A stretch of DNA of 64,000 nucleotides from Promethearchaeia archaeon (lineage in GTDB: Archaea > Asgardarchaeota > Lokiarchaeia > Sigyniarchaeales > SOKP01). Location of the stretch: positions 1 to 64,000 of the forward strand of contig JAHQWL010000070.1 in NCBI GenBank assembly GCA_029856155.1, given 5' to 3'. Position 1 is the stretch's first letter. The number at the start of each line of letters is the position of its first letter. This document shows positions 30,221 through 40,142 of this stretch, piece by piece. A program made the translations under genes and the position numbers. Under the pieces are notes generated by a model that worked only from the letters and a program-made list of their open reading frames with translations, ran no database searches and was not told the origin of the DNA.

Positions 30221-31732
30221 ATGAGTGAAAATAATTCAGAATCCATTAAAGATAATTTTATTGAACAAATTCTAAACCCTAAGAGTATTTGTGTTTTTGG
30301 TGCTAATAATAATCTCATGACAACAATGGGCTCAATGCAACTACGAAATATTATTGCTGGAGGAGGATTTGATGGAAATATATTCCCTGTGCATCCAAAA
30401 TTGGAAAAAGTTCAAGGAATTAAAGCTTATCAATCTATATTCGATATCCCAATAATACCAGATTTAGCATTTATTATATTACCAACTAGAATTGTTCCCC
30501 AAGTTATGGAAGAATGTGGTCAAAAGGGTGTAAAGCATTTAATAATTACGTCAGGTGGTTTTCGAGAGGGTGGATCCGATGGAATAGAATTATCTAAACA
30601 AATTGACGAAATAGCCAAGAAATATAATATGAGATTTATTGGTCCTAACTGTTTAGGTATATACAATGGATGGTATGGGTATCCTGATAAAAAAGACGCT
30701 TATTTTAATACCTTTTGGATCTATCTCCCACATAAAAGAGGAAATATTTCGATAATTAGTCAATCTGGTACTGTTGCGGCTCAAACTGCTTTTTATACAA
30801 ATGATCTAGGAATTAAAATTGGAAAATCTATTTCTGTAGGGAATGAGAGAAATATAGATCTAGTAGATGTATTAAATTATTTAAAAAATGATCCTCAAAC
30901 AGAAGTAATTGGACTTTATATTGAAGAAATCAAACAGGGGAAGGATTTTATTAAATTAGCGAAATCTATTACTCCTAAAAAGCCGATAGTTGCAATTTAT
31001 GCTGGAGGTACAAAAGCAGCGGCAAGATCTATAATGAGTCATACGGGATCAGTTAGTACTGATGATAAAATTTATGAAGCTGTCTTTAAAAAAACGGGTA
31101 TATTTTCTACTAATTCAATTATGGATTTTTTGTATTATCTTAGAACTTTATCATATGCACAGTCATATAACATCTTTCCAAAAGGCAACAGAATAGGAAT
31201 TATAACTGATTCCGGAGGCCCTGGTGCTATGATGACAAAAACTGCCGAATTGTATGGAATGGAAGTACCAGAATTCTCACAAGAATTGCAATCAGAATTT
31301 AAAAAGTATATTCCTAAAACAGCTAGTTCAGTGAATCCTATTGACATCACTTTTCACGAGAATTTTATGAATATGTTTATAAAGTTCCCAAAATTATTGA
31401 TGAAATCCCGCGAAGTTGATGTAATTGTTGTCTTTGGTGTTTATGATTTTGATGATATAATGAATGTTATTGAAAAATCTGGGATGAAACTTGATGAAGA
31501 CATGAAAAATATGAGAGATGTATTTGAAAAGATGGTTCTAGAGTCTATAAAAAGCTTAATGAAGAAACATTCAATACCTGTGTTTTTTGCTGGACCATAT
31601 CCTTATAGATATTCCTGGATGCAAAAATTTGTAGAACATGATATCCCTATTTTTAGTATGTGGGATGATATAACTAAATGCCTTAACATTTTATGTCGTT
31701 ATGCCGACTATCGGAACAAATTTTCGTGTTAA
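30221..31732 (+). CDS. ADP-forming acyl-CoA synthetase alpha subunit (CoA-binding), paralog 1
   Basis: GGFRE, IGPNCLG, SQSG, SHTGS phospho-His, NPID. Confidence 0.9.
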   Translation: MSENNSESIKDNFIEQILNPKSICVFGANNNLMTTMGSMQLRNIIAGGGFDGNIFPVHPKLEKVQGIKAYQSIFDIPIIPDLAFIILPTRIVPQVMEECGQKGVKHLIITSGGFREGGSDGIELSKQIDEIAKKYNMRFIGPNCLGIYNGWYGYPDKKDAYFNTFWIYLPHKRGNISIISQSGTVAAQTAFYTNDLGIKIGKSISVGNERNIDLVDVLNYLKNDPQTEVIGLYIEEIKQGKDFIKLAKSITPKKPIVAIYAGGTKAAARSIMSHTGSVSTDDKIYEAVFKKTGIFSTNSIMDFLYYLRTLSYAQSYNIFPKGNRIGIITDSGGPGAMMTKTAELYGMEVPEFSQELQSEFKKYIPKTASSVNPIDITFHENFMNMFIKFPKLLMKSREVDVIVVFGVYDFDDIMNVIEKSGMKLDEDMKNMRDVFEKMVLESIKSLMKKHSIPVFFAGPYPYRYSWMQKFVEHDIPIFSMWDDITKCLNILCRYADYRNKFSC

Positions 31733-31836
31733 TTTATTTTAGCCAACTTTTCTAATGATTCAATATTAAAAACTAATTATATTCAAATTTTTATTTTAAT
31801 TAACTTAAATAATCTAGAAAATAGATATATAGAATT

Positions 31837-33348
31837 TTGACTGAAATCAATAGAAACATCTCAAAAAATCATTTTCTTCATCGTTTTTTAAATCCAGAGA
31901 GTATTGCTGTTTTTGGAGCATCTAATTCCTTTTTAGATAATATGGGTGCTATGATGCTACGAAATATTATATTTGGTGGATTTCCTAAAGAAAAGATTTA
32001 TCCTATACATCCTAAATTGGAGAATATTCAGGGTTTAAAGGCCTATAAATCAATATTAGACCTTTCAGAAACTCCAGATTTGGCTTTTATCATTTTAAGA
32101 CCCAATCATGTTCCAAAAGTAATGGAAGAATGTGGAAAAAAAGGAATAAAACGAGTAATTATAGTATCAGGAGGATTTCGAGAATTTGGTTCAGATGGAA
32201 TTCAACTTTCTAATAAAATTCTCGAGATAACTAGAAAATATGATATTAGATTTATTGGTCCAAACTGTTTGGGAGTTTATAACGCATTTTTTAATTATCC
32301 TGAATTTAGAGATATATGTTTGAATACAATGTGGATATATGAGACTCCTCACCGAGGTAATATTTCTATTATTGCTCATTCAGGTACAGTTGCATCTCAT
32401 GTATTTTGGTATTGTAACAGGATTGGAGTAAAAATAGGGAAATCTCTTTCTATTGGGAATGAAGAAAACATAGATTTAGTTGATTTTTTAGATTATCTTA
32501 AAGATGATCCAGAGACAGATGTTATTGGCTTATATATTGAAGAAGTAAAGAAGGGAAAAGAATTTATAAATATAGTAAAGAAAATTACGCCTAAAAAACC
32601 GATTGTCGCGATTTATGCTGGAGGAACAGCAGCAGCTTCACGTTCAATCATGGGACATACAGGCTCAATTGCGGGAGATAATAAAATTTTTGAAGCTGTG
32701 TTTAAAGAAACAGGTATAATTTCTACTGATTCAATTAAAGAATTTTTTTATTACTTAAGGGTATTTTCACATAATATTATTCCAAAAGGTAATAGATTAG
32801 GAATAATAACAGATTCAGGAGGATGTGGTGCGATGATGGCAAAGGTTGCTGAGAAAATAGGTTTGATGGTACCTGAATTTTCAGATGAATTAAAAGGTAA
32901 ATTAAGACCGTATGTCCCACCTGTAGCAAATATTGATAATCCTTTAGATTTAACTTTTCAATTCAATCAATACAATCTTTATATAAAAATTCCAAAAGCT
33001 ATGATTAATTCTGGTGAAGTTGATGGAATAATTATCTATGCTGCATTTGGTTTTGAAGAAATTTTAAATATAATTAAAGCCTCAGGCGGTAAAAGTTATG
33101 AAGAATTTGAGATATCTAATGATATGATGAAAGGTTTATATTTAAAACCAATTCAAAGGCTAGTAAAGAAGAAAGGAGTTCCTGTTTTTTATATTGGTCC
33201 ACAAGGGTATTCTAATCCATGGGTTCGAGAATTCATCAAATCAAATATTCCTATTTTTGATTTATGGGATATGCCCGTTAAATGCTTCTCAGTATTGGCA
33301 AAATATTCTGAATATCGTAAAAATTTAAATCCTAAATTTAAAAATTGA
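31837..33348 (+). CDS. ADP-forming acyl-CoA synthetase alpha subunit, paralog 2
   Basis: GGFRE, IGPNCLG, GHTGS, NPLD; colinear with paralog 1. Confidence 0.9.
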   Translation: MTEINRNISKNHFLHRFLNPESIAVFGASNSFLDNMGAMMLRNIIFGGFPKEKIYPIHPKLENIQGLKAYKSILDLSETPDLAFIILRPNHVPKVMEECGKKGIKRVIIVSGGFREFGSDGIQLSNKILEITRKYDIRFIGPNCLGVYNAFFNYPEFRDICLNTMWIYETPHRGNISIIAHSGTVASHVFWYCNRIGVKIGKSLSIGNEENIDLVDFLDYLKDDPETDVIGLYIEEVKKGKEFINIVKKITPKKPIVAIYAGGTAAASRSIMGHTGSIAGDNKIFEAVFKETGIISTDSIKEFFYYLRVFSHNIIPKGNRLGIITDSGGCGAMMAKVAEKIGLMVPEFSDELKGKLRPYVPPVANIDNPLDLTFQFNQYNLYIKIPKAMINSGEVDGIIIYAAFGFEEILNIIKASGGKSYEEFEISNDMMKGLYLKPIQRLVKKKGVPVFYIGPQGYSNPWVREFIKSNIPIFDLWDMPVKCFSVLAKYSEYRKNLNPKFKN

Positions 33349-33488
33349 AAATTTAAGTAGTAAAAGCTCTACTTATTTCACTAATTATATATATGTTTTT
33401 TATCTATAATTATTAGAATTACTTCAAAAAGTTATTTCAGATATAAGAAAATTTACTTATAATAAATTATACGAGCGTAGCTTTAATT

Positions 33489-34487
33489 TTGCCAATAGAA
33501 TTTTATAATCCTCCTTTAGCGATTTTAGCGTCTGGATCAAAATTAGGGGTTGACCTTGGAGGCAGCAAAAGCATTTTAAGTATGGATGCTCGTCATAACT
33601 TATATTCTGAAGGTATAATCTTTAGTGAGCTCAGCTGGGGTGCATTTTATCAAGAAGAGGGGTTAGAAGATCAAATTGATACATTTGAAACTAAAGAGTA
33701 TGACTCTGTTCGCGAAGACCCGGAAGCTTTAGTTAAAACGATCGTAAGAAGTATTTATAATATCATTAATAACAAAAAACTTTTCTATGGTATTGCTGAT
33801 TTTGAAGTAGATGCTTTTCTTAACCAAAATACTATTATTCCTGGACTTAAATTGGATTATTCAATAATCAATAAATTATTAAATGCCCATAAAAATATTA
33901 GAGATAAGGATTTATTTCCCCAGATCTTATCGGATGCAAGAGGCGCAAAAAGAATTAAGATTGAATTTCAAGGAACGAAAAAAAAGAACCTCCATTTAAT
34001 AGGAAGTAAATTAGAAGATTTTGCAGATATGTTAAGATTAGCAAAGGGATTTGCTACAGGTATTGTCTGTACTTCCCGGGGAGCAGCAAACCTTTACATT
34101 ATGAGCGATAATATTGTTTTTCAAGAAGATTTATTACCAGATCTCTATATTGATGATGATAATTTAGCTATTATTGAGATGGGTATCCAAAGAGAACTAT
34201 TATTTCCAATTAGTTGGTTCAGAATAGATCTTGGAATTAAATCATTAGAGACCTTAGAACTTTGGGACAAAATTAAAGATCACTCTAAATTGAACAAAGC
34301 TTTTGAGCACTATGAGAAATATATTAGCAGTTTAGTCTATAAAAAGTTTCAAGTTATGGCTTCTACTGAAAAAATAGGGAAGGATGGAGAAGAAGATTTT
34401 CACGAGATGAGCCCCGCAGAAAGAAGGCAAGCACTAAGAGATATGGCTGAAACTATAAGAAAATTAACTGATGAGTATAAAAAGTAG
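33489..34487 (+). CDS. Hypothetical protein
   Basis: 332-aa ORF with no motif recognised. Confidence 0.7.
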   Translation: MPIEFYNPPLAILASGSKLGVDLGGSKSILSMDARHNLYSEGIIFSELSWGAFYQEEGLEDQIDTFETKEYDSVREDPEALVKTIVRSIYNIINNKKLFYGIADFEVDAFLNQNTIIPGLKLDYSIINKLLNAHKNIRDKDLFPQILSDARGAKRIKIEFQGTKKKNLHLIGSKLEDFADMLRLAKGFATGIVCTSRGAANLYIMSDNIVFQEDLLPDLYIDDDNLAIIEMGIQRELLFPISWFRIDLGIKSLETLELWDKIKDHSKLNKAFEHYEKYISSLVYKKFQVMASTEKIGKDGEEDFHEMSPAERRQALRDMAETIRKLTDEYKK

Positions 34488-34491
34488 AATT

Positions 34492-34800
34492 TTATTTTTC
34501 TTTTAGAATTCTCGGAGCTTTAAAATAACCATCTTTTGTATGTTTTGCATTTTTTAATGCATCTTCGGTTGAAAGTGATTCCCAAGGTATATCTTCTCTA
34601 AAAACATTCTTTAAGCCATCTATCGGATGGGTCATGGGTTTAATATTGCTAGTATCTAATTTATCCAATTTTTTAAAGTAATTTAGGATATCACCTACTT
34701 CTTTTGCAAGTTTTACTTTTTCTTCCTCAGATAAATCAAGTAAAGCTAATTTTGCAATATGGTCTATAGTTTCTTTTGATAACTCTTTATTCTGATTCAT
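34492..34800 (-). CDS. gatC: Asp/Glu-tRNA amidotransferase subunit C
   Basis: HIAKLALL, LDTSNIKP..H, NVFRED, GYFKAPRI. Confidence 0.93.
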   Translation of the reverse strand: MNQNKELSKETIDHIAKLALLDLSEEEKVKLAKEVGDILNYFKKLDKLDTSNIKPMTHPIDGLKNVFREDIPWESLSTEDALKNAKHTKDGYFKAPRILKEK

Positions 34801-34938
34801 AGCTTAGCTCACATAGTTATAGTCATATATAATAATTAAGCTTGATCCTATATTGTTTTTTAAAAGTATTGAATTGAAAGTTATACTTTTTACTTATTTA
34901 AACTCAGTTTTAAACTGTGATATATAAGAATATCAAAT

Positions 34939-34995
34939 AAAAAGTTATAAATATCCAATAATCATTATATCAGTTACTGGTAGTCCAGTGACTGG
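34939..34995 (+). promoter_or_regulatory. TATA box plus tandem palindromic operator upstream of the PadR gene
   Basis: TTATAAAT at 34945-34952; CAGT-T-ACTG (34971-34979) and CCAGT-G-ACTGG (34985-34995). Confidence 0.65.
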
Positions 34996-35056
34996 TAATT
35001 AGAGTAAAATTAGTTATATTGACTATTAAAACGCTATCGATGATTTTGAGTTAACT

Positions 35057-35638
35057 ATGGTTGAAAATTATAATAAAAATTTTGAAAAGGTAATGAAAAA
35101 AAATTTCACTAATATCTTTATACTTTCTATACTTGAAAAAGGTCCTTCTCATGGTTATAGAATAGGCAACGAAATTGAAAAACGCACTTTGGGAATGTGG
35201 AATCCATCTGCATCGACACTATATTGGATATTAAATAACTTAAGGGAAAAAGGATTCATAAAACTCCTTGAAGAAGATAAAAATAAAAAAGTGTATGAAA
35301 TTTCAGATACAGGGAAAGAAGCATTAAGATTAATGAAATTAACTCAACGAAATATAAGAAATACATATCGGCGGTTTTTAGCAGCATCAATAGATAATAG
35401 TAATACAATTGATTTAGAGGATCTCGAACACTTTGATGAAATTCCTTCAATCCAAGTGCTACCGACCGCCTTAAGACCAGAAAGGTTTAAGGGTAATTTA
35501 ACTCTTAATGAAAGAATCCAACTACTTGAGTCTAAAAAAGCAGCATTTATAGAAACTCGAGATCGAATGAATGAATACATCAAGGACTTTGATGAAACAA
35601 TTTTAAAAATTAGAAAAGAATTGGATAAACAGGAATAG
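35057..35638 (+). CDS. PadR family transcriptional regulator
   Basis: ILSILEKGPSHGYRI...STLY..L..L...G...KKVYEISDTGK. Confidence 0.92.
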   Translation: MVENYNKNFEKVMKKNFTNIFILSILEKGPSHGYRIGNEIEKRTLGMWNPSASTLYWILNNLREKGFIKLLEEDKNKKVYEISDTGKEALRLMKLTQRNIRNTYRRFLAASIDNSNTIDLEDLEHFDEIPSIQVLPTALRPERFKGNLTLNERIQLLESKKAAFIETRDRMNEYIKDFDETILKIRKELDKQE

Positions 35639-35708
35639 TATTCTCTACCAGGAAAATTTAGAAAAAACAAAAAATAATGATTAAAAAAGAGTTGATATAA
35701 AAACGAGT

Positions 35709-36674
35709 ATTGACCAAAATAAAAAAAGAATACCTTTTCTTACTTTTCTTATATCTTATAAATGCACTAATGAATGCAAGCATTGTGCACTTCATGGATC
35801 TCCAAATCAAGACGACATTTCAATGGAATTAGGGGATGTAAAAAGATATTTAGAAGACATTACAACTAATTATATTATTGATGAAGTTGGTTTTTTTGGA
35901 GGAGAACCTCTACTTAATGTTGATTTACTAATAAGTCTCATTGAAGAGGTGAAAAGATATGATATTCCAAATATTGGATTACCAACGAATGGATATTGGG
36001 GAAAAAATGATGCAACTGCTAAAAAATATGCCCTAAAGTTAAAAGAAGCAGGTTTAAATACTATCGGTTTTAGTATTGACACGTTTCATCAAGAATTTAT
36101 TCCACTCGATGTAGTGAAACGAGCAATGAAAGCTGCACATGAAGTTGGAATTGAACGGATATATTCAATAACTCAAAATCTAGGGCCTGGTAATATAAAT
36201 GATTCTTTTAATGAACAGAATAAAAAAATTACAGAAGTGATTTCCAATGAGTTTGAGTTTTGTCAGGTAATAAATAGTGAGTTACAAGTAAGAGGTCGAG
36301 CGGCAAAAAAACTTACCAAATATTACTCAATGAATACAATACCCTCAGATAAGTGTCTTATTTTCAAAGTTCCGATGTTTATGATTGATCCTAATGGATG
36401 GGTTTTCCATCAATTATGTCAAGGGATTTGTATTGGGAATGCCAAAAAAAATTCTTTATCTAAAATAATAATGGACTTTAACTATAGAAAACATCCGATA
36501 ATAGGGAAGTTGGTGGCTAAAGGAGGCACTAATAATCTTCTTGAAATTGCAATTGAAAAAGGATATGAGCCTCAAAATGGATATGCGGACATATGTCACG
36601 TCTGTTCTTTAGCGAGGAATTTTCTCCGTCCTTTTTATCCAAATATCCTCGAACCTTCAAATATATATTATTAA
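35709..36674 (+). CDS. Radical SAM protein; real start lies upstream of track start 35823
   Basis: In-frame upstream YKCTNECKHC (CxxxCxxC), GGEP, TNGYWG, SIDTFHQEF, C-terminal CHVC. Confidence 0.88.
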   Translation: MDQNKKRIPFLTFLISYKCTNECKHCALHGSPNQDDISMELGDVKRYLEDITTNYIIDEVGFFGGEPLLNVDLLISLIEEVKRYDIPNIGLPTNGYWGKNDATAKKYALKLKEAGLNTIGFSIDTFHQEFIPLDVVKRAMKAAHEVGIERIYSITQNLGPGNINDSFNEQNKKITEVISNEFEFCQVINSELQVRGRAAKKLTKYYSMNTIPSDKCLIFKVPMFMIDPNGWVFHQLCQGICIGNAKKNSLSKIIMDFNYRKHPIIGKLVAKGGTNNLLEIAIEKGYEPQNGYADICHVCSLARNFLRPFYPNILEPSNIYY

Positions 36675-36773
36675 ATACTACGAGAAGAGATAGAACATCC
36701 ATTAAAGAAATTTATAGAGAAACTTTAAAAAATAATAATAAGAATTAAGTGATATCTCTATTTTATTATAAAT

Positions 36774-37127
36774 ATGGTGGATGAAGAAGATTTAAGGGAT
36801 ATGATCCCTAGCTATGCTTTTATCTCGTTAGCGAGACGTGGAATGGAGAAAATCTCTTTAGATCAATGTTTTCTTAAAGATTGCGATAATCAAGACCTTA
36901 AATTATTACAACCGTTTAAAAAAGAAGAATATGAAGAGGAGAAGAAAGAAATTAAGAAAATTCATATAAAATGTAAAAAGTGCAATGGTATTTTCATATT
37001 AAAACTTGAGACATTAAAATATGTAGCAAAATCGACTAAAGATGAAGAAGAGAAACCATTATCTATGGGATTAGTATACGCATTAGATGAAAATGGCAAT
37101 TCTCTTGGACATATAGGGTATTTTTAA
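36774..37127 (+). CDS. Hypothetical protein with Cys pairs (possible Zn binding)
   Basis: CFLKDC...CKKC. Confidence 0.65.
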   Translation: MVDEEDLRDMIPSYAFISLARRGMEKISLDQCFLKDCDNQDLKLLQPFKKEEYEEEKKEIKKIHIKCKKCNGIFILKLETLKYVAKSTKDEEEKPLSMGLVYALDENGNSLGHIGYF

Positions 37128-37143
37128 ATAAATTACATAAACC

Positions 37144-39165
37144 CTATAAGTTTTTATGGATGAAAATATCTGTAAGAAGGAATTTGAGTGGGGGATTTTC
37201 CTTTAATTCTATAGTTTGATGAGTTCTATAAAAACTATTAAAAGTTTCTTTTATTTCATCTGAATTCTGAATTTGTTCGATAAAGCTATTTATCCTTTTT
37301 TGAGCTAGATATGATACTCCTTTAAATAAATAACATATTGAAAATGTTTCAAATGATTTCATCAAGACGGTATGTCGACCAAATTTAGCACGATCTAGTC
37401 CTTCAGAAAACAATTCACCGCTAAAAGAATTAAGAGCAGAGAGGAACCCTCCAACTAGATCATCTTCATGAGACCAATCCTTAGAAAATATATGAGAAAA
37501 CATTGTCACACCACCTTCAGCTAAGATTAAAATTAAGACTGGATCTTCATCAGAATTTTCTAGAGAACTTAAATCACGATCCCAGAGCAAGCTTTTCATC
37601 TGATCATCTATTTGTGCCATTTCCATACGTTCACTTAAAGTTATCTCTTGTTCTTTCAGATTTTCCCATTTGCTTAATTCTTTGAGTAAATTATCATGCT
37701 CAATTGAAATTTTCATAGCAAGGCGATGCATACCCTGTTTTTCAGCTATTTGTTGAGCTTGAGTAAGTAATCGTCTAGCTCCTTTTAGATCTAATGTTAA
37801 TAATGCCAACTTGGCTTGTAATGTGTAAGTTTCAGCTAGAACCCAGTATGAGTTTGACTCTCTTGTAATATCTAATAATTGAGTTATAAAAGTATTTATC
37901 TCATTAAGTACTTCGATAGAATTAGTAATTCTTAATTCATCTAATAGTAATTCACAAAGATTTAACAAAGCACTTATGTAAACATCACTTGCTAACATTT
38001 CACTGTGAATGATTTGTTTTAATAATTCTTCTGCTTTTGCCCGATTATGAATCCTTGAGCTTGCTTTTAAAACTACGGCTTTAGAAAAGAGATATTTTTG
38101 TTTAATCAATTTATTATCAGACTGTTCATTTAATTCTTCCAATTGTTCCAAATATCTCTGAGCCTGTTCCAAATCGCCCTTTAAAACAAATAATTCTATT
38201 TTATTACAGATGATCCCACATAAAAAAAATAAATTTTCAATTTCCTTTGCTACTTTAGAGGATCGTTCTAAATATTTAAAGGCTTGATCCAAATCACCTA
38301 GATAAAAGTAATTATTAGAAATATTAACGAGAATTGGAACAATCAATTGTTTATTATCAAATTTTTCAAACATCAATAAGGCTTGTTTATTATATATTTG
38401 TGATTGCTCATAATCACCTTTTAAAAAATAAATAATCCCTAAATTCATGAGATTAAATGAAATGATTTGCTGGGCGTTGATTTCCTCCGCCAGCGTTTGA
38501 CAGCGCTGAGCGTATATAAGAGCTTGATCGGTATCAATTTTTAACCAGGCATAATGAGCTCCAATTAAAAAGAGAGATTCAACAATTTCATGTTTCTTTC
38601 CAAATTTTTCACGGATTTCTAGACTATGTTTCGCATATTCTAAGCCCTGAGCTGAATTACCTTGAAAATAGCAAACACCTGATTTAATAAAATCTATTGA
38701 TGCCAGTCTTAGATCAATTTCAATAGATTTCTTTTTTCTGAAAGGTTTAATTAAATCTTCGCATTTCCCTATTAAATCTAAAGTTTTTTCCAAATTCCCT
38801 AACCACATAGTGGCAAACGCTATATTTACAAGAGCGTCAATTGAATAAAGATTATCTCGCAATCTCTGACTTTCTTGATAAGCTTGCTCGCCAATTTTAA
38901 TACTTTCCTCATAATTCGCCATTTTATTTAAAAGAGAACTTTTAAGAATGTGAAGTGTTAGTTGATCAGAAGCTGATAAACTCTCTTCTTCTAAATTGTT
39001 CAATATTAATAGTACTTCATCATATTTTCCAGAGTTCATTAATTCTTCTGCATTATTTAATTCTCGCGATTTTGATATAATTTCATGCTTACTTCGTGGA
39101 AAAAAATATTCTTTTAATTTTTTAAAAAATTCTTTCCCTTTTCCAGGTATTTTTTTTTCATTCAT
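37144..39165 (-). CDS. TPR-repeat protein with C-terminal longin/roadblock-like domain
   Basis: Long TPR array, then LILILAEGG..FSH.F...LVGGFLSALNSFSGELF..GLDRAKFG. Confidence 0.85.
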   Translation of the reverse strand: MNEKKIPGKGKEFFKKLKEYFFPRSKHEIISKSRELNNAEELMNSGKYDEVLLILNNLEEESLSASDQLTLHILKSSLLNKMANYEESIKIGEQAYQESQRLRDNLYSIDALVNIAFATMWLGNLEKTLDLIGKCEDLIKPFRKKKSIEIDLRLASIDFIKSGVCYFQGNSAQGLEYAKHSLEIREKFGKKHEIVESLFLIGAHYAWLKIDTDQALIYAQRCQTLAEEINAQQIISFNLMNLGIIYFLKGDYEQSQIYNKQALLMFEKFDNKQLIVPILVNISNNYFYLGDLDQAFKYLERSSKVAKEIENLFFLCGIICNKIELFVLKGDLEQAQRYLEQLEELNEQSDNKLIKQKYLFSKAVVLKASSRIHNRAKAEELLKQIIHSEMLASDVYISALLNLCELLLDELRITNSIEVLNEINTFITQLLDITRESNSYWVLAETYTLQAKLALLTLDLKGARRLLTQAQQIAEKQGMHRLAMKISIEHDNLLKELSKWENLKEQEITLSERMEMAQIDDQMKSLLWDRDLSSLENSDEDPVLILILAEGGVTMFSHIFSKDWSHEDDLVGGFLSALNSFSGELFSEGLDRAKFGRHTVLMKSFETFSICYLFKGVSYLAQKRINSFIEQIQNSDEIKETFNSFYRTHQTIELKENPPLKFLLTDIFIHKNL

Positions 39166-39294
39166 AATAGAGTGAAACCAGATTATATTTAGATTTTTAG
39201 ACAGTTTTTAATCAAATTATATTTATAAATAAATAGATTATGATTATTATTATAAATTCGATAGTATTAGGATTACTAAAATATATAAAAAATC

Positions 39295-40014
39295 TTGTTT
39301 AATCTCTTTAAATATCTAATGAAATTTGATTTTTATTTATTTGATTTAGATGGAACTTTGCTCCATCTTGGTAATATCGGAACTTATGTAGATCAGATAT
39401 TAATAGAAACCTTTACAAGATTGGGAGCCACTAATCCTCCAAAAAAGAATGAAAAATATAAACTATGGTCTCCAGAAGAAGACTTCTTTGAAGTCTTAAA
39501 AGAATGGGGTGTCAAGAATCCTCAGAATTTTTGGAAGGTTTTTGATGAGATAGATTTTAATTTAAGAAAAAAGCTAATAGAAAAGAGTCAGGTTTTCCTA
39601 TATAAAGATGTTTATAATATATTAGAAAGAATTCATCATCACAAAAATAATAAAAAACTCGCAATAGTTTCAAACACAGCATATTATATAGTTGAGTTTA
39701 TATTGAAAAAATTTAATATCACTAGATTTTTTCATGAAACTTTTAGTTTAGGGTATTATACTAATGATCAAGAACTAGCCAAACCGTCTCCAAAAGGCGT
39801 TCTCACGATATTGGATAAATTTAATTATGATCCAAAAGAATCAAAAGCTCTTTTCGTTGGAGACTCTAAATTTGATATTATTGCTGCTAAAAAAGCTGAC
39901 ATTTATGCTTGTTTAATAAGAAGGGAAATAAATACACATAATAAAAATTATAATAAATGGGATATTCAGCCAGATTTCGTCATAGAAGGGTTGGATGAAC
40001 TACTTCATTTGTAA
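39295..40014 (+). CDS. HAD superfamily hydrolase (phosphoglycolate-phosphatase-like)
   Basis: FDLDGTL, VSN, KPSP, VGDSKFDI. Confidence 0.92.
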   Translation: MFNLFKYLMKFDFYLFDLDGTLLHLGNIGTYVDQILIETFTRLGATNPPKKNEKYKLWSPEEDFFEVLKEWGVKNPQNFWKVFDEIDFNLRKKLIEKSQVFLYKDVYNILERIHHHKNNKKLAIVSNTAYYIVEFILKKFNITRFFHETFSLGYYTNDQELAKPSPKGVLTILDKFNYDPKESKALFVGDSKFDIIAAKKADIYACLIRREINTHNKNYNKWDIQPDFVIEGLDELLHL

Positions 40015-40142
40015 TAATAGGAAATCTAAAAATTATTAACTTAATCATTCAAAATTAATGAAATAATAGATATTGAATGAATAAAATTAAATAATCAAAC
40101 TGATTTTTATTTAATATTGAAAATCTTAAGAGACTTGTCCAA

